DNA of 64,000 nt, taken from assembly GCA_050230475.1 (NCBI GenBank), contig JBFLGF010000159.1, positions 1 through 64,000 on the forward strand. The letters run 5' to 3'. The DNA is from Ancylonema sp. Lineage: Eukaryota. This document shows, in pieces, positions 50,402 to 62,621 of this stretch. The notes under the pieces were generated by a model. That model was not told the DNA's origin. It was given only the letters and a program-made list of their open reading frames with translations, and searched no databases. Every line of letters starts with the position of its first letter. The stretch's first letter is position 1. The translations under genes were made by a program, and so were the position numbers.

Positions 50402-51123
50402 CATGGCTACATCCCGAGTGATATACTCGGCGAGGCAACAAAAAACCTCCAGACACGTGCGAAAGAAGCGGAAAAATTGGCTTGTAATCTACACGAGCAA
50501 TTGAGGTATAGTATGCTTTAATCAAGAGAAATGCCAAGTTTTGGCAATAGCTAATAATTGTAAAATTAGCTTGGTCCGGTTGTGTGACTAAATTGTGCAT
50601 TGTGTTTATGTCGTGAGCGGATGCATTGTTGCACGCGAATGTGAATCGCCTAAAATGTAGGTTGCACTTAGGCGCATGTGGCGCGTAGCGAGCACTATAA
50701 TTGGATACCGGAATACTTGAGTACCGGTTTGTGTTGCACGAGATTCGCATAGTGTTGCAATATTTGAGTGTGCACCAATGAGGTGAAGTTGAATAGTCGC
50801 ACAGTCTAGGCCACATGAATTGACGTTAGCGAGTAGCATTCAGTCAACCGACGCACCGGTTGGTAAACCAGATTTGTCCTCGATCTGTGAGGCTAACCCA
50901 TATAGGCTTCTCGGAGCTCTCATACTTTATAATACATACCAACACTCCGTTTCGTATCTAGTGGGATTTTCGTATATTTGTGTTGTTGCCATTTTTCACG
51001 GACTTGTGGTCTTGTATGTAATTCACGCGGGTGAAAGAATTGACAAATGAAAGCCTTGTACGGCACGCTAGGGATTGGTCCACTATGGCCGACCCTATAG
51101 CACTTGCCTCACAAATCTCTATC

Positions 51124-54100
51124 TGTAGGAATTATATCGGATAGCCAAGTTTTCTAGCGTGCTAGTCCGGGCTTCCGGTAGGGTTCCTAGGGTGTGCTTA
51201 TACTGAGGGGCCGGACTTATGTCCGGACACCCGAATATGACGTTTCGATTGTGCCGTTTGTAGCACGTGCGGTCTAGATGGTTCCGAATCTATACGTTAT
51301 GTTTTGTCAGACTGTTCGGCGTGTGCCGTTGACAGGATCTAACTATTGTTGAGTTATGATAGGCCGGCGGTCCGCAGATACGACCGTCGGCACGCTTTTG
51401 TAGACATGTTGTGGACGAGGCATCGTGGTATACCTACACGATGCCGACCATTCAAGATTATTCTTCCAACTCAACACTTTGTCATGGATCACTTCTGAGA
51501 GACGTAAGTTCCTTGGACGGAAAGAATCACACTGCCTCGCACCCCGATCACGTAACAGCCCTAAAAGGTTATGGGCCCACAAGCGGTCTAGTTAAAGACG
51601 TTGTGTCAATAACTACAGGCATTCCACGCGATTCGCTGCTAAAGGCACTCTGTGGTAGAGGTTATTAAGTACTGCACGTAATCCTTCGATTGCGCTGCCA
51701 GTGACTGAGGTGTGAGTAGCGCTGCACGAAACACGCTCAAGAAAGCAGCTGAGAGCTGAGCACCAAGAATTTTAGGTGTTGCCTAACATGACGGAAAAGT
51801 CATACATTCCGGTCTTCACAGGAGCAGACTACAAAGGGTGGGCATTTAAAATTAAGTTCGGTCTGGCAGACAAGGAGCTGCACGACACGTTATGGATTGG
51901 GGTAAATCGCCGAGGCAAGCAGAGCCTGTCGTGTTTCTACCACACACGCAGGATGAGCTCGAATACGCTGGAGGCTGCGGACGTCCGCTAGAACGATCAC
52001 AGCACGCACCCAGCTCATCAGTCGAACAGACTCTCCTTTGAGAGGTCTGGTCGACATCGAGAACATCGCTGCGATGGCCTACTCGTCAAGCACCTCCAGA
52101 CGGGGGAGCTGACGCATGTGAGGAACTGCGCGACTGCTGCAGAGATGTGGGAGGCCCTGAAGTCTTTCTACGACATTCAGGGAGCCTCGAACTTGCCAAC
52201 GCTGAAGTTGAGCTCACGGCAATTATCATGGGAGAAGCGGAGGAGCTGAGCGATTACGTCAAGCGTCTTCAGGAGCTGCACGATCGGCTGGGGCATCTGG
52301 GGGAGCCAGTCAAGCCGGCAAAGCAGACGATAAATAAATTTCCAGAATTCCCTGAACACTCGCTACAGCGCACGAGTGGAGAGCGGGCAGTTTCTGCACC
52401 ATCACCACGATCCCTCAGGCCGTCAGCACTCTGTCAGCTGGCGATCGACGGGAGGTCTTCAACGACCGGAAGAGAGGGGCGCTGCCGGGAGGACAGCAGG
52501 CCAATTTCGTAGGAAGGGGAGGTTACTCGGGCAGCTCCGGAGCTGGCCCAAGTCGACCAGGTGGGATCGGCGGTCCCGGAAGTCGCGACCTGACTAGAAC
52601 TCAGTGCTACGGCTGCAACCAGTATGGCCACCTGAAGTCGGACTGCCCCCTACGTCCGCCAATGAGGTGCCATGGCTGCAACCAGACCGGCCACAGGCTG
52701 TCGCAATGCGGCCAGCAACACGGCAAGGGAGGAGGAAGATCGGCTGGCTAGGGAAGTGGCAGTCCGAAACCTAAGTGCAGATACTGCGATAAGCTTGGAC
52801 ACACATTGGCAGAATGTTTGAAGCGTAAATCTGATCTGGCATTGTCTGCACCTGATTCAAATCTCCGTAATCAAGCTCAGGCTAGACTTGCTGCAAGACC
52901 AGACACACCTTTTGATGCCTCTAAATCCTTAGCTTATGCAGCATTCTCATCTGACGCACGGATTGCGATGGCAGTTGGAACTGATTGTTCGCATCTGTGG
53001 CTTGATTCAGGCTCGACCGATCACGTCTTCGTAAACCGAGACCACTTCGTCGAGTACGACACCAACGGTCCCAATGCAGCATTCTTCATCCACACGGCTG
53101 ACGGCACGCCCCACAAGGTCGAGGGGACAGGCTTCGTGCACGTGAAAGTGAAGAACGACGACTCCTCTTTCGTCGTCCCTCTCGCTGCTCTGCATGTCCC
53201 TACATTCGCTGCGACCCTGGTGTCCACCAACTGCCTCGTCCAAAGAGGTGGGCTGAGCTTTGCCCAGACACCACATGGCCCCAAACTGACTAAGAATGGA
53301 CTGAAATGGGCTGATGTCAGGAGGCAGAGGAATGGTCTGTCGTTGCTGCATGCATCTATCATCATGCCTGGTTCTTCTGGTCTGCAAGCTAATCTGTCCA
53401 TCGGCATGCTCTGGCATGGCATGGGTCACCCTGGTATACCAACCATGTCAAACATGGCCGGACGTGGTGATATACCGAAACTGAATCAGGAAGAGTTGAC
53501 TGAGGTCAGGGATTGTGAGATCTGTTGTATGGGGAAAATGGGACAGAAGGGGCATGCTATGGCTAGCGATGTGGCCACTATGCCGAATATGGGGAGGTTG
53601 CATCTAGATCTGATAGGTCTTTTTGGTGTTAAGTCAATGCACGGAACGGAGGGTTTGACTACGCACAGACAGGAGGTCAATCCTAGACTGTCAACAGTAT
53701 CTCTCCTCAAGCACAAGAGCGATGCTCTCAGTCAATCGCGCATCACTGTACAGAAACTTGAAGTTGAGTCAGGTGTGGCGTTGAAGTCTATCAAGACAGA
53801 TGGGGGGGGTGAATACACAAGTAAAGAGTGGAGAGGCTATTGTGAGGATAAAGGCATCAGACATGAACTGACTGCTCTCCACAGCCCTCAACAAAATGGA
53901 ATGTGTGAAAGGTTGAACAGAACATTGATGGAAAAGATGAGGTGTTTGCTGATGTGGTCTAAATTGTCTAAATCGTATTGGGATGTGGCACTGATGCACG
54001 CAAACTGGTTAAGGAACAGGACCCCCACTATTTCATTGACAGGGGGGATACCTATTGAGGAGTGGACTGAACGACAGATAAAAATGGACAGAAGTCACAC

Positions 54101-57100
54101 ATTCGGCTGTCTGGTTCAATATTTGCTAGTTGGGCATGATAAAAATAAACAAGGGGACAAGTATGCTGCCAGGACTGCTTTTGGGGTGTATATTGGGCTG
54201 GCAGCAGATCAGGCTGGGTACAACATCATCGACCCGCTCAGAGCCGGCGTGATGGTGCGGACAGACGTCCGTTTCTTCGAGGAAGTGCCGGGGTACCCGA
54301 GACTCATGGGGGGGAGAGCTCCCCAGGTCGAGGCCAAAGCAGATGGACACTTTCTCCAGCTGTTCCCCGACACGGATGATGAGCCTAAGGCTGGAGGGGT
54401 GACACGACAAGCAGTAGTAACAGCTGCAACGCTAGCAGCAGGAGCAACAGGCAGCAGAGTACCAGCAGCAGCTCCAGCAGCAGTGCCAGCAGCAGCATCA
54501 CACAACGACCCAGGAGCCCAGATCCCAGTGTTACAGGTTCCGCCACCACCAGCTGCTGAGGTCCCTATATCTGTGGTTGAGCTGTCTGACAGCCAGTGTG
54601 AGGGATCAACAACGCAGGAGCGGCAGGCGAGGAGGAGGAGGTTCAAGGAGGGGGAGGGGAGGGGCAAGGGGTAAATGTGAGCATAGCTGAGAGGGTGATG
54701 GGGAGAAGGAGGAACTCCCACGTTGGGGATGTCCTCTGATACGATGGGGAGGAGTTCGACGACCAGGCGCTGGCAGTAGCCATTCAAGAGGAGGAGTGGG
54801 AAGCGACATGCTTCTTCACAGCACAAGTTTCAACGGCCCCTCTGACCCTGGATTCTGTATGATTGCCACGTCTGCTGACTCCTCCGACCCTCTGACGCTA
54901 AACCAGGCCATGACGAGGCCAGGATCAGTGGTTAGCTCCTATCCAGGAGGAGCTGAAGAGCTTGGGGGAATTCAACACCTTCGAGGTATGTGAACTTCCA
55001 CCAGGTTAAAGGGCTGTGGGGTGCAAATATGTATTCAAAACAAAATACACACCCACGGGAACCCTTGAAAGATATAAAGTCAGACTGGTCGCCCAAGGTT
55101 TTCTACAACAAGAAGGAGTTGACTATAAATGAAATATTCGCACCTGTAGTAGATAGTACATCTATCTCTCTTTCTACTAGCCTATTGCGGAATCAGGAGG
55201 GTTGGGAAATTGAACAAGATGGATGTGGTCACTGCTTTCTTTGCACGGAAGACTGAACGGAAGAAGTGTACATGAAAATTCCACCATTTATTGGAGATGA
55301 GGGAGGGGCTGAGGGAAAAGTTCTGAGAATGAGGGGGGCACTGTACGGACTGAAACAGAGTAGCAAGGTCTGGGGTGAAATGTTCACAACCTTCATGCTC
55401 AGTATAGGGTTCAAACAGTGTATTAATGGACACATGCATATACACCAGGGGAACAGGACAGTCACGGATCATAGTGGAATACACGTAGATGATCAGGTGA
55501 TAGTTGGTCCTAACACCATGGTCATTAAAGCATTCAAGTAGGAACTATCAGGGAAATTCAAAATGAAGGATCTTGGGGCCCTAACCCATATCCTGGGGGT
55601 GGAAGTGAAAAGGGACAGACAACAGGGGGTGCTCTCGTTGCATCAGGGAGGGTTCATAAAACAGGTTCTGGAACGTTTTGGCATGGCAAACTGTAATCCT
55701 ACAAAAACTACCCTTACCACCTGGACTGGCATTTCACCAAGACGATCTTTGAACCTCTAACTCCCCCTACACCTGAACAGATAACTGAATTCCGGGGAAA
55801 AAATTGGGTCACCTCATTTATGCAATGAAACCACACCCAGACCGGATATTGCGCATGCACTGGGGGTACTGGCAAAACACATAGGGAATCCTGGGACTGC
55901 TCACATCAAATCCTTACACCAACTGTTCAGATATCTAAAGGGTACAGTGGATCACGGAATATGCTACGTGAGGCAGAGGAGCTAGAGATCAGGGGGTACT
56001 GTGATGCTAGTTGGAACAGCTGCAGTATGACTGGGAAGTCGGTCAACAGGGTGGGTCACTACTGTTGGGGGAACTGCTTTGAGCTGGAAGTCACAGAAAC
56101 AGTCTACAGTCGCACAGAGTACAGCAGAGGCCTGAATATATTGTTGCCTGTAGTGTGTCTAAGGAATGCTGTTACCTTAAGTCGCTCCTGCATGAGCTCA
56201 AACTCCCTAATGAAATTACAGTTTACAGTGACTCAACTGCTGCACTCTCAATGATCCAGAACCCAGTCCAGCGCCAGAAGGCCAAGCACTTCAATGTGGT
56301 ATACCACTGGGTGAGAGAGTGCCACAGAACTGGCAGGCTGAAGTATATGTATCTGGCAGGGGCCAATCAACCAGCCGATATGTTCACTAAGGCTCTTCCA
56401 CAGGTCTTACTTGACAGACACGGAAAGTCGATAGGTTTTGGGAGGGTTAACTGAAATGGGGGTGCACATTAGGTTCAAGGGGATTTTCGGCTGCCATGCT
56501 GTGTTCGGCAGGGGGTGTATGTTCTGTTATTATTCTTGCAGAATGCACCTGTGGAGGGCTCTCAACGCTCGTCTATCCATAAGTCACCCTACTCCTTTTT
56601 CTGCCCTGAAAATACTCGAGGACACCTGAAAAGTTGCAGATCTGCTTGCATCTAGAGTTGTCAGTTGTTCATGAATTCTGGTCATATATTTCCATTCATA
56701 TTAAAAATGGATTACAAATGTTGTGTCAAAAGTTCGTTTGATTTGGTGAAGTATTGAGAAAGTTATGAAGTTTTAAGAAAATGGTGAAGTTATGAGAAAG
56801 TTATGAAGGTTTGCATATTTTCAAGTTATTCGGAGAAAACTACAGAAGGTTGACGTTTTGTCATTTTTGTATTGCCCTAACTTGTGGTATTTGTTTGTAT
56901 GTTCAGGGCTCCGGCCCGAAAAACGACTAAGGATCTGGAGCGTCTTCTGGAGTGAGTTCCGATCGGCTTTCCGATCGACTTCCGATCGGCTGTGATTTTT
57001 TTGAGAAATGCCTCTAGCACATTGATATGCTAGAGAAGACCCTACTAGTCCATGGGCTATGCAATGGTCTTGCCATGACTTAGCTGTTGAGAGGGTGGTC

Positions 57101-57603
57101 CTTTTTGGTGCTGACTTAATGCCAACCTTGGCATGGCATACGAAGGGGTGTGTAGGACTTATATCGGATAGCCAGGTTTGCTAGCGTGCTAGTCCGGACT
57201 GCCGGTTAGTGACACCGGTAGGGTTCCTAGGGTGTGCTTATGTCGAGGGGCCGGACTTATGTCCGGGCACCCGAATATGACGTTTCGATTGTGCCGTTTG
57301 TAGCACGTGCTGCCGTTTGTAGCACGTGCGGTCTAGATGGTTCCGAATCTAGACGTGCATGTGCCGTTGACAGGATCTGACTGTTGTTGAGTTATGATAG
57401 GCCGACGGTTCGCAGATACGACCGTCGGCACGCTTTGTAGATTCATGTTGTGGACGAGGCATCGTGGTATACCTACACGATGCCGACCATTCAAGTATTC
57501 TTCCAACACAATACTTGTCATTGATCATTCTTGGAGAGACGTAAGTTCCTTGTGTACGGAAAGAATCACACCCTTGCACTCCGATCACGTAACATCCCTA
57601 AAA
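51124..57603 (+). mobile_element. Ty1/Copia LTR retrotransposon B (sister family), full length and decayed; 5' LTR 51124-51566, PBS 51567-51580, gag-pol ~51788-56454, 3' LTR 57151-57603
   Basis: Paired LTRs, TSD CTATC/CTCTC, PBS GGTTATGGGCCCAC. A 622-aa PR-IN ORF (WLDSGSTDH, IKTDGGGEY, PQQNGMCERLNRTL) plus RT/RH fragments collinear with element A. Confidence 0.96.
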
Positions 57604-58343
57604 CTCTCGACCAATAAGAAGCCACGGTCTCCGGAAAGTGACCCGACTTACGGTCTCGCGTGACAACGCTACAAACTTGACGATACTGCCGCAATTTTGA
57701 CTGCATCTATACCATGATTAGAGCGAAGATACCCATTAAACTCACTGGCTATAGCGGATTCGTATCCGCTACATCAAATGATCGCAAACGCTAGGACATT
57801 AAATTGCTTCCTTTTTCCTTCCGATTTTCTAAATCTATCAAATATTCAAAGAAATGTTGATACATTGTATATTTTGGTCATCAACATGATGAGGTATTCG
57901 GTAGATCAATGATACGTCAAATGTGGTTTTCCACGGGCAAGTTGTAAGTTGGCCAGTCCCAAAATCCTAGCCGTTTTGGAAATGGGCTTACAACAAATAG
58001 ATTCTTTGGGATACCGAGTTTTTAAACGCATCATTGTGCTCAAGTGTTTTCAAAGGAGTCTACAACACGTCTACCTTGAGTTTCAAAAGTGGGGATAGCT
58101 CCTAGTATGGGCATTCCTTGTGTTTCTAAGTTTTCAATCCCCTTTCGGACAATTTTTTCCCCTCTTAAGCCAAGTGGAACGAGCTAGGGGGCGGAACTTC
58201 GAAAGCGTGCGACACACATTTTAGTCTGCAGTCCACCTTCACATCCAAAACCAACCTCGATGCCCGAAGATACATAAGAATAGCTTGTAGTTCGACGAGA
58301 GCCCGTAATTCGAATCCGGAAACACGTGGCCTTCGGCCCTAGG

Positions 58344-58494
58344 TCACGGGTTGCAAGACTCATGAAGCGATTCCGACTCGCCAAGTCCGTAAAAGTTTGC
58401 CAAATCGGGATTTTCGACTCACGAAAATTCCGACTCGGCGAGTCGGCGATTCGGCGAGTCGGCGATTCGGCGTTCGCCGAGTCATGTGATTCTA
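58344..58494. repeat. Small fold-back repeat with CCGACTCG/CGAGTCGG units, probably a MITE remnant
   Basis: Oppositely oriented repeated units. The TIR is degenerate and there is no clear TSD. Confidence 0.45.
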
Positions 58495-58694
58495 GCCACT
58501 TATATTGCGAGATTCACGCGTCAATTGAGCTTATTTGCGCACAGTTTCACGAATTGTTAAACGATTCCAACTCGAGCCGATAACGAAGTCGGCACACGGA
58601 AATGTTGATATAGGGTAGTTTTATCCGATAATTATTAAATTATGATAAGTTTATTTATTATTAAAAAAAAACCAAAAAAAAAACACAGCTTAAT

Positions 58695-61600
58695 TGTTAG
58701 ACCCGGGAGGGGAAAGGATCTAGTTTGATGTACACTCACAAAAGGGAAATGACACGATGGGAAAAGTGTAATAAAGTATGTGAGTACAAGAGATGTTAGG
58801 AGTGAGAAATCCTCAATCCTAACGCGAACTATATAGTGAAATCTCGGCTAGCGACTTCACTACAAATGTGGGACAATGAGTATCGCTCAACGAACAAGTG
58901 AAGTCGCATACAAGAACTAGTCGCTATAAACGATCAACACTCGATATAACAATAGCGAAACTCTACCAGGGCTCTAGCTCTCCCTATAGCGACCCAAGTC
59001 GCGGTACAAAACCACACACTCGCTACTAGCACACTAGGCTAGTAGCGCTAGGTTAGGGAACTCGCTAAGGAGTTCTAGGGACTATAGCGAGGGTCCTAAC
59101 AGTACCCCCCCCTCTAGGCGCGGAACGCAGGGCGCGGGTAGCCGGACGGGCTGGGAAGCGGCGATGGAAATCCGCGATGACCGCGGCGGCATGTGAGAGA
59201 TTGTGTGCCGGCTCCCAGGAGCGCTCTGATTCGTCGAAACCCTCCCAGTCCACGAGATAGGACAACTTGCCACGCAAGAATTTGGAATCCAGCACCGAAG
59301 CGACTTCCCACTGGGGTTCGCCGTCCACGATGACCGGTGGAGGTTGCGGCACGTCACGGCCGGGAAAAGATTTTTTCACATATGGCTCCACAAGCGCTAC
59401 GTGGAAAACGGGATGGATGCGGATGGACGGCGGGAGCTCCAAGCGAAAGCAGAGGAGCCAACTGGACCAATGACAGGAAAAGGCCGGAGGCGACGGACGT
59501 CCAATTCGCAGAAGGTCGTGTGGATGCGACGTGGCGCCGGAGGAGCCATACTTTATCGCCAGGCTGGAGGGATGGGGCAGCCCGACGCTGCGATTGGCCG
59601 ATCGCTCCATAGCGATTTGGGATTTTTTCAGCGACGTCTCGAGTAGAATCTGTGCCTCGTGAATCACCTTCACGTATGCATCTGCCGACGGGGTTGGGGA
59701 GTCCGGGGAGGGAGGGAGGAGGGAGAGTTGGGGATGGAAACCGTGGTTGGCGAAGAACGGGGTCAGGGATGTGGCAGAATGTAGGGAATTGTTGTAAGAA
59801 AATTCTGCCATGGGCAGCAGACTGGACCAATCCGACTGCTGGTAATCGGTGTAGATGCGTAAATACTGCTCGAGAACAGAATTGAGGCGCTCCGTCTGGC
59901 CATCCGTCTGAGGGTGAAACGCAGTCGAGCGGTTGGCGTGGATACCGCACAGCTGCAGCAGCCGTCTCCAAAAACGGCTGGTAAAGACTGGATCGCGGTC
60001 GGAAATGATGGTGGAGGGCATGCCATGGAGCCGCACCACCTCCCGCAAGAAAATGGCAGCGACGTCACGAGCTGGTATTGCCTTCGTCGTAGGAATGAAG
60101 TGAGCAGCCTTAGTCAGACGGTCGACCACTACGAGAATCGCATCGTGGTAGTTAGATGGCGGGAGGTCTGTGATTCAATCCATGGATATACAGCTCTATG
60201 GCCTGTCAGGAATAGGATTTGGGGATAGCAGGCCGTAGGGTGCATGGCGGACCGGGCTTATTCCGCGCACATGTGTCACAGCTGCGGACGTAGGCCTCCA
60301 CTGCTGTAGAAATTCCCGGCCAGTAGAAGTACGCGCCACGAGCGCATGCGTGCGAGCAACGCCGTAATGGCCTGCGAGGGGCGCGTCGTGGAATTGCTTT
60401 AGGATTTGGAGTATCAGGGACGTAGCAGTAGGTGGGATGACCAAGCGATGATGTCGGTACAGCAAATCATTGCGTAGACAATAGGAAGATGACCTGCCTG
60501 AGGGTTCGAGGGGGTTTGATTCCTCCTCAGGTCTTATAGCCAGCTGTTCGCGGATGGCGAGAGTGTCAGGGTCGAGTAGCTGCGCCTCACGGATAACAGG
60601 TAATATGGGGTCCGTGGGGGAGATGAAAAGCGCAGCAGCTCGGAGGGGGGGGGGGAACAGGATAGGGAAATCGTCCGGGGGGGAAATTGGGGAAAGGGAA
60701 TCGGGTAGGATTGGGAGTTCGGGGATTGGGTCTGGCAGGTAGTCGGGACGGCGGGATAGAGCATCAGGCTTTCCGTTAGTCTCGCCTTTTCGGTAGACGA
60801 TAGTGAAATCGTAGGCAGCCTAGTGTCTCTGCCCAGCGAGCGTGGCGGCGGGAGGTAGGGTGCGGGCGCCATGGAAGTACTCCAGGTTTTTATGGTCCTG
60901 TGTAGACCACAATAGGATGAGCCGCGCCCTCCGAATAGACGCGCCATTGACGAAACCCGCTGACGATAGCCAGCAGCTCCTTGTCATAGAATGGGGTAGT
61001 TGAGCTCGGCCTCCAAGAACTTTCGGGAGTAGAAAGAGATGGGGTGTAGCTCGCCGGCAGCGGACGTCTGGCTGAGGACGCAGCCAAGGCCGAAGTCGGA
61101 GGCGTCGGCTTCGAGGGTTATGGGGAGGGTGGGTTGGACGTGTTTGAGGATGAGTGCAGATGTGAAGGCCTGCTTGAGGGAGTCAAAAGCGACCTGGGCC
61201 TCTGGTGTCCAGCAGAACTTCACGACTTTTCGGGTGGGCGTAGTCAGGGGGCAGGCCACTGTAGAGTAGTAGTTTATGAACTTGCGGTAGAAGTTTGCGA
61301 ACCCCAGAAAAGACTGCACCTCCTTTACAGACATTAGGGGTAGGCCAGTCGAGCACAGACGTCACCTTGCCGGGTCCATCTCCACCCCAGCTGGGGAGAC
61401 TTGGTAGCCGAGGAAGGTAATGGTGTCCTGGTGGAACGCACATTTCTCAATCTTTGCGTCGTAGAGCTTGTTATGTCGTAGGATAAGGACCTGGTGGACT
61501 TGGGGAACGTGCTCTTCCTGGTCTGCCGAGTAGATCACCATGTCGTCAAGCATACCCGCTAGGAAGACGTCTAGGTGCTCGCGGAAGATGTCATTGATGA

Positions 61601-62621
61601 AGTGTTGGAAACAGCCTGGGGCGTTGCAGGGCCCGAACAGACAGACACGGAACTCAAAGTGGCCGTAGCGGGTTCGGAACGCAGTCTTCCACTCGTCCCC
61701 CTCTTTCACCCGCACCTGGTGGTAAGCGTTTCGCAAGTCGATCTTTGTAAAGATTTTCGCCCGGTGCAAGCGATCCAGCATTTCAGGTATGAGGGGTAGG
61801 GGGTAGCGGTTCTTTACTGTAGCCGCATTCAAACCTCTGTAGTCCACGCAGAGTCGCTTGCCATCGGGTTGTTTCTTAATGATGAACATGACAGGGGCCC
61901 CCGCAGGGCTGGTTGTAGATGGTCTGATGAATCCGTTTGCCAGGTTGTCAGAGATGTATTGTTTCAGAGTAGCCAGCTCCGTTCTGACATGGGGATAGAT
62001 GGGTCCCCAAGGTGGTTCTTTTCCTGTCAAGAGGGGTATCGCCAGATCATGGCGGTGAGGGGGAGGAGTATTTGCCGCTGATTCCGAGAACACGTCCGCG
62101 TAGTCGTGGTACTCGGGGGGAAGTTTAGACAGCAGTTCAGGGTCTGGGGGGGGCGGGGATGGGTAGGGAACTGGCAGCAAGAGCGCGGGGGGGGGAAGTA
62201 TTGGGGTGACAGGGGTGGGGGGGGGATTTGTGAGAAGGTGGGTGGGGTAAACTGAGCGCGGCTGGCAGGCATGCACTCTTGCAGTGGGGGGACGTGAACC
62301 GCAAAGCGGCCTGCCAGTCGATGGACGGGTTGTGGCGCTGGAGCCAAGGGTAGCCTAGCACCATGGGAAAGTGGGCTAGGCGGGTGACGTCAAAGTGGAG
62401 TGTTTTCGGTATGGGAGCCCAGACAGCGCAAACAGGCCCTTTGTAGAAATGCGTAATAGGGCCTGCGGACCGGAGCAATGCCATCAATCAACTCCACTTG
62501 GAATGGGTGTGGGGTGGGGGGTGGTTGTCAGGTGGTGCTGAGCGAGCAGCGTGGGGTCTACGAAGTTTCCGATGAGGGCGTTGACAGAAATGGGGGGAAG
62601 AGGGTACTGGAGTAGCTAGAC
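58695..62621 (-). mobile_element. Ty3/Gypsy chromovirus (Tcn1-like), 3' portion: PR remnant, RT, RH, IN, chromodomain, PPT, 3' LTR 59101-58695
   Basis: [48 protein letters not shown] and YDKELLAIV; IN VDRLTK, IISDRD, HPQTDGQTER and IHPVFHV; chromodomain WEVASVLDSK...YLVDWEGF...[26 protein letters not shown]...CTAACA. Confidence 0.94.
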
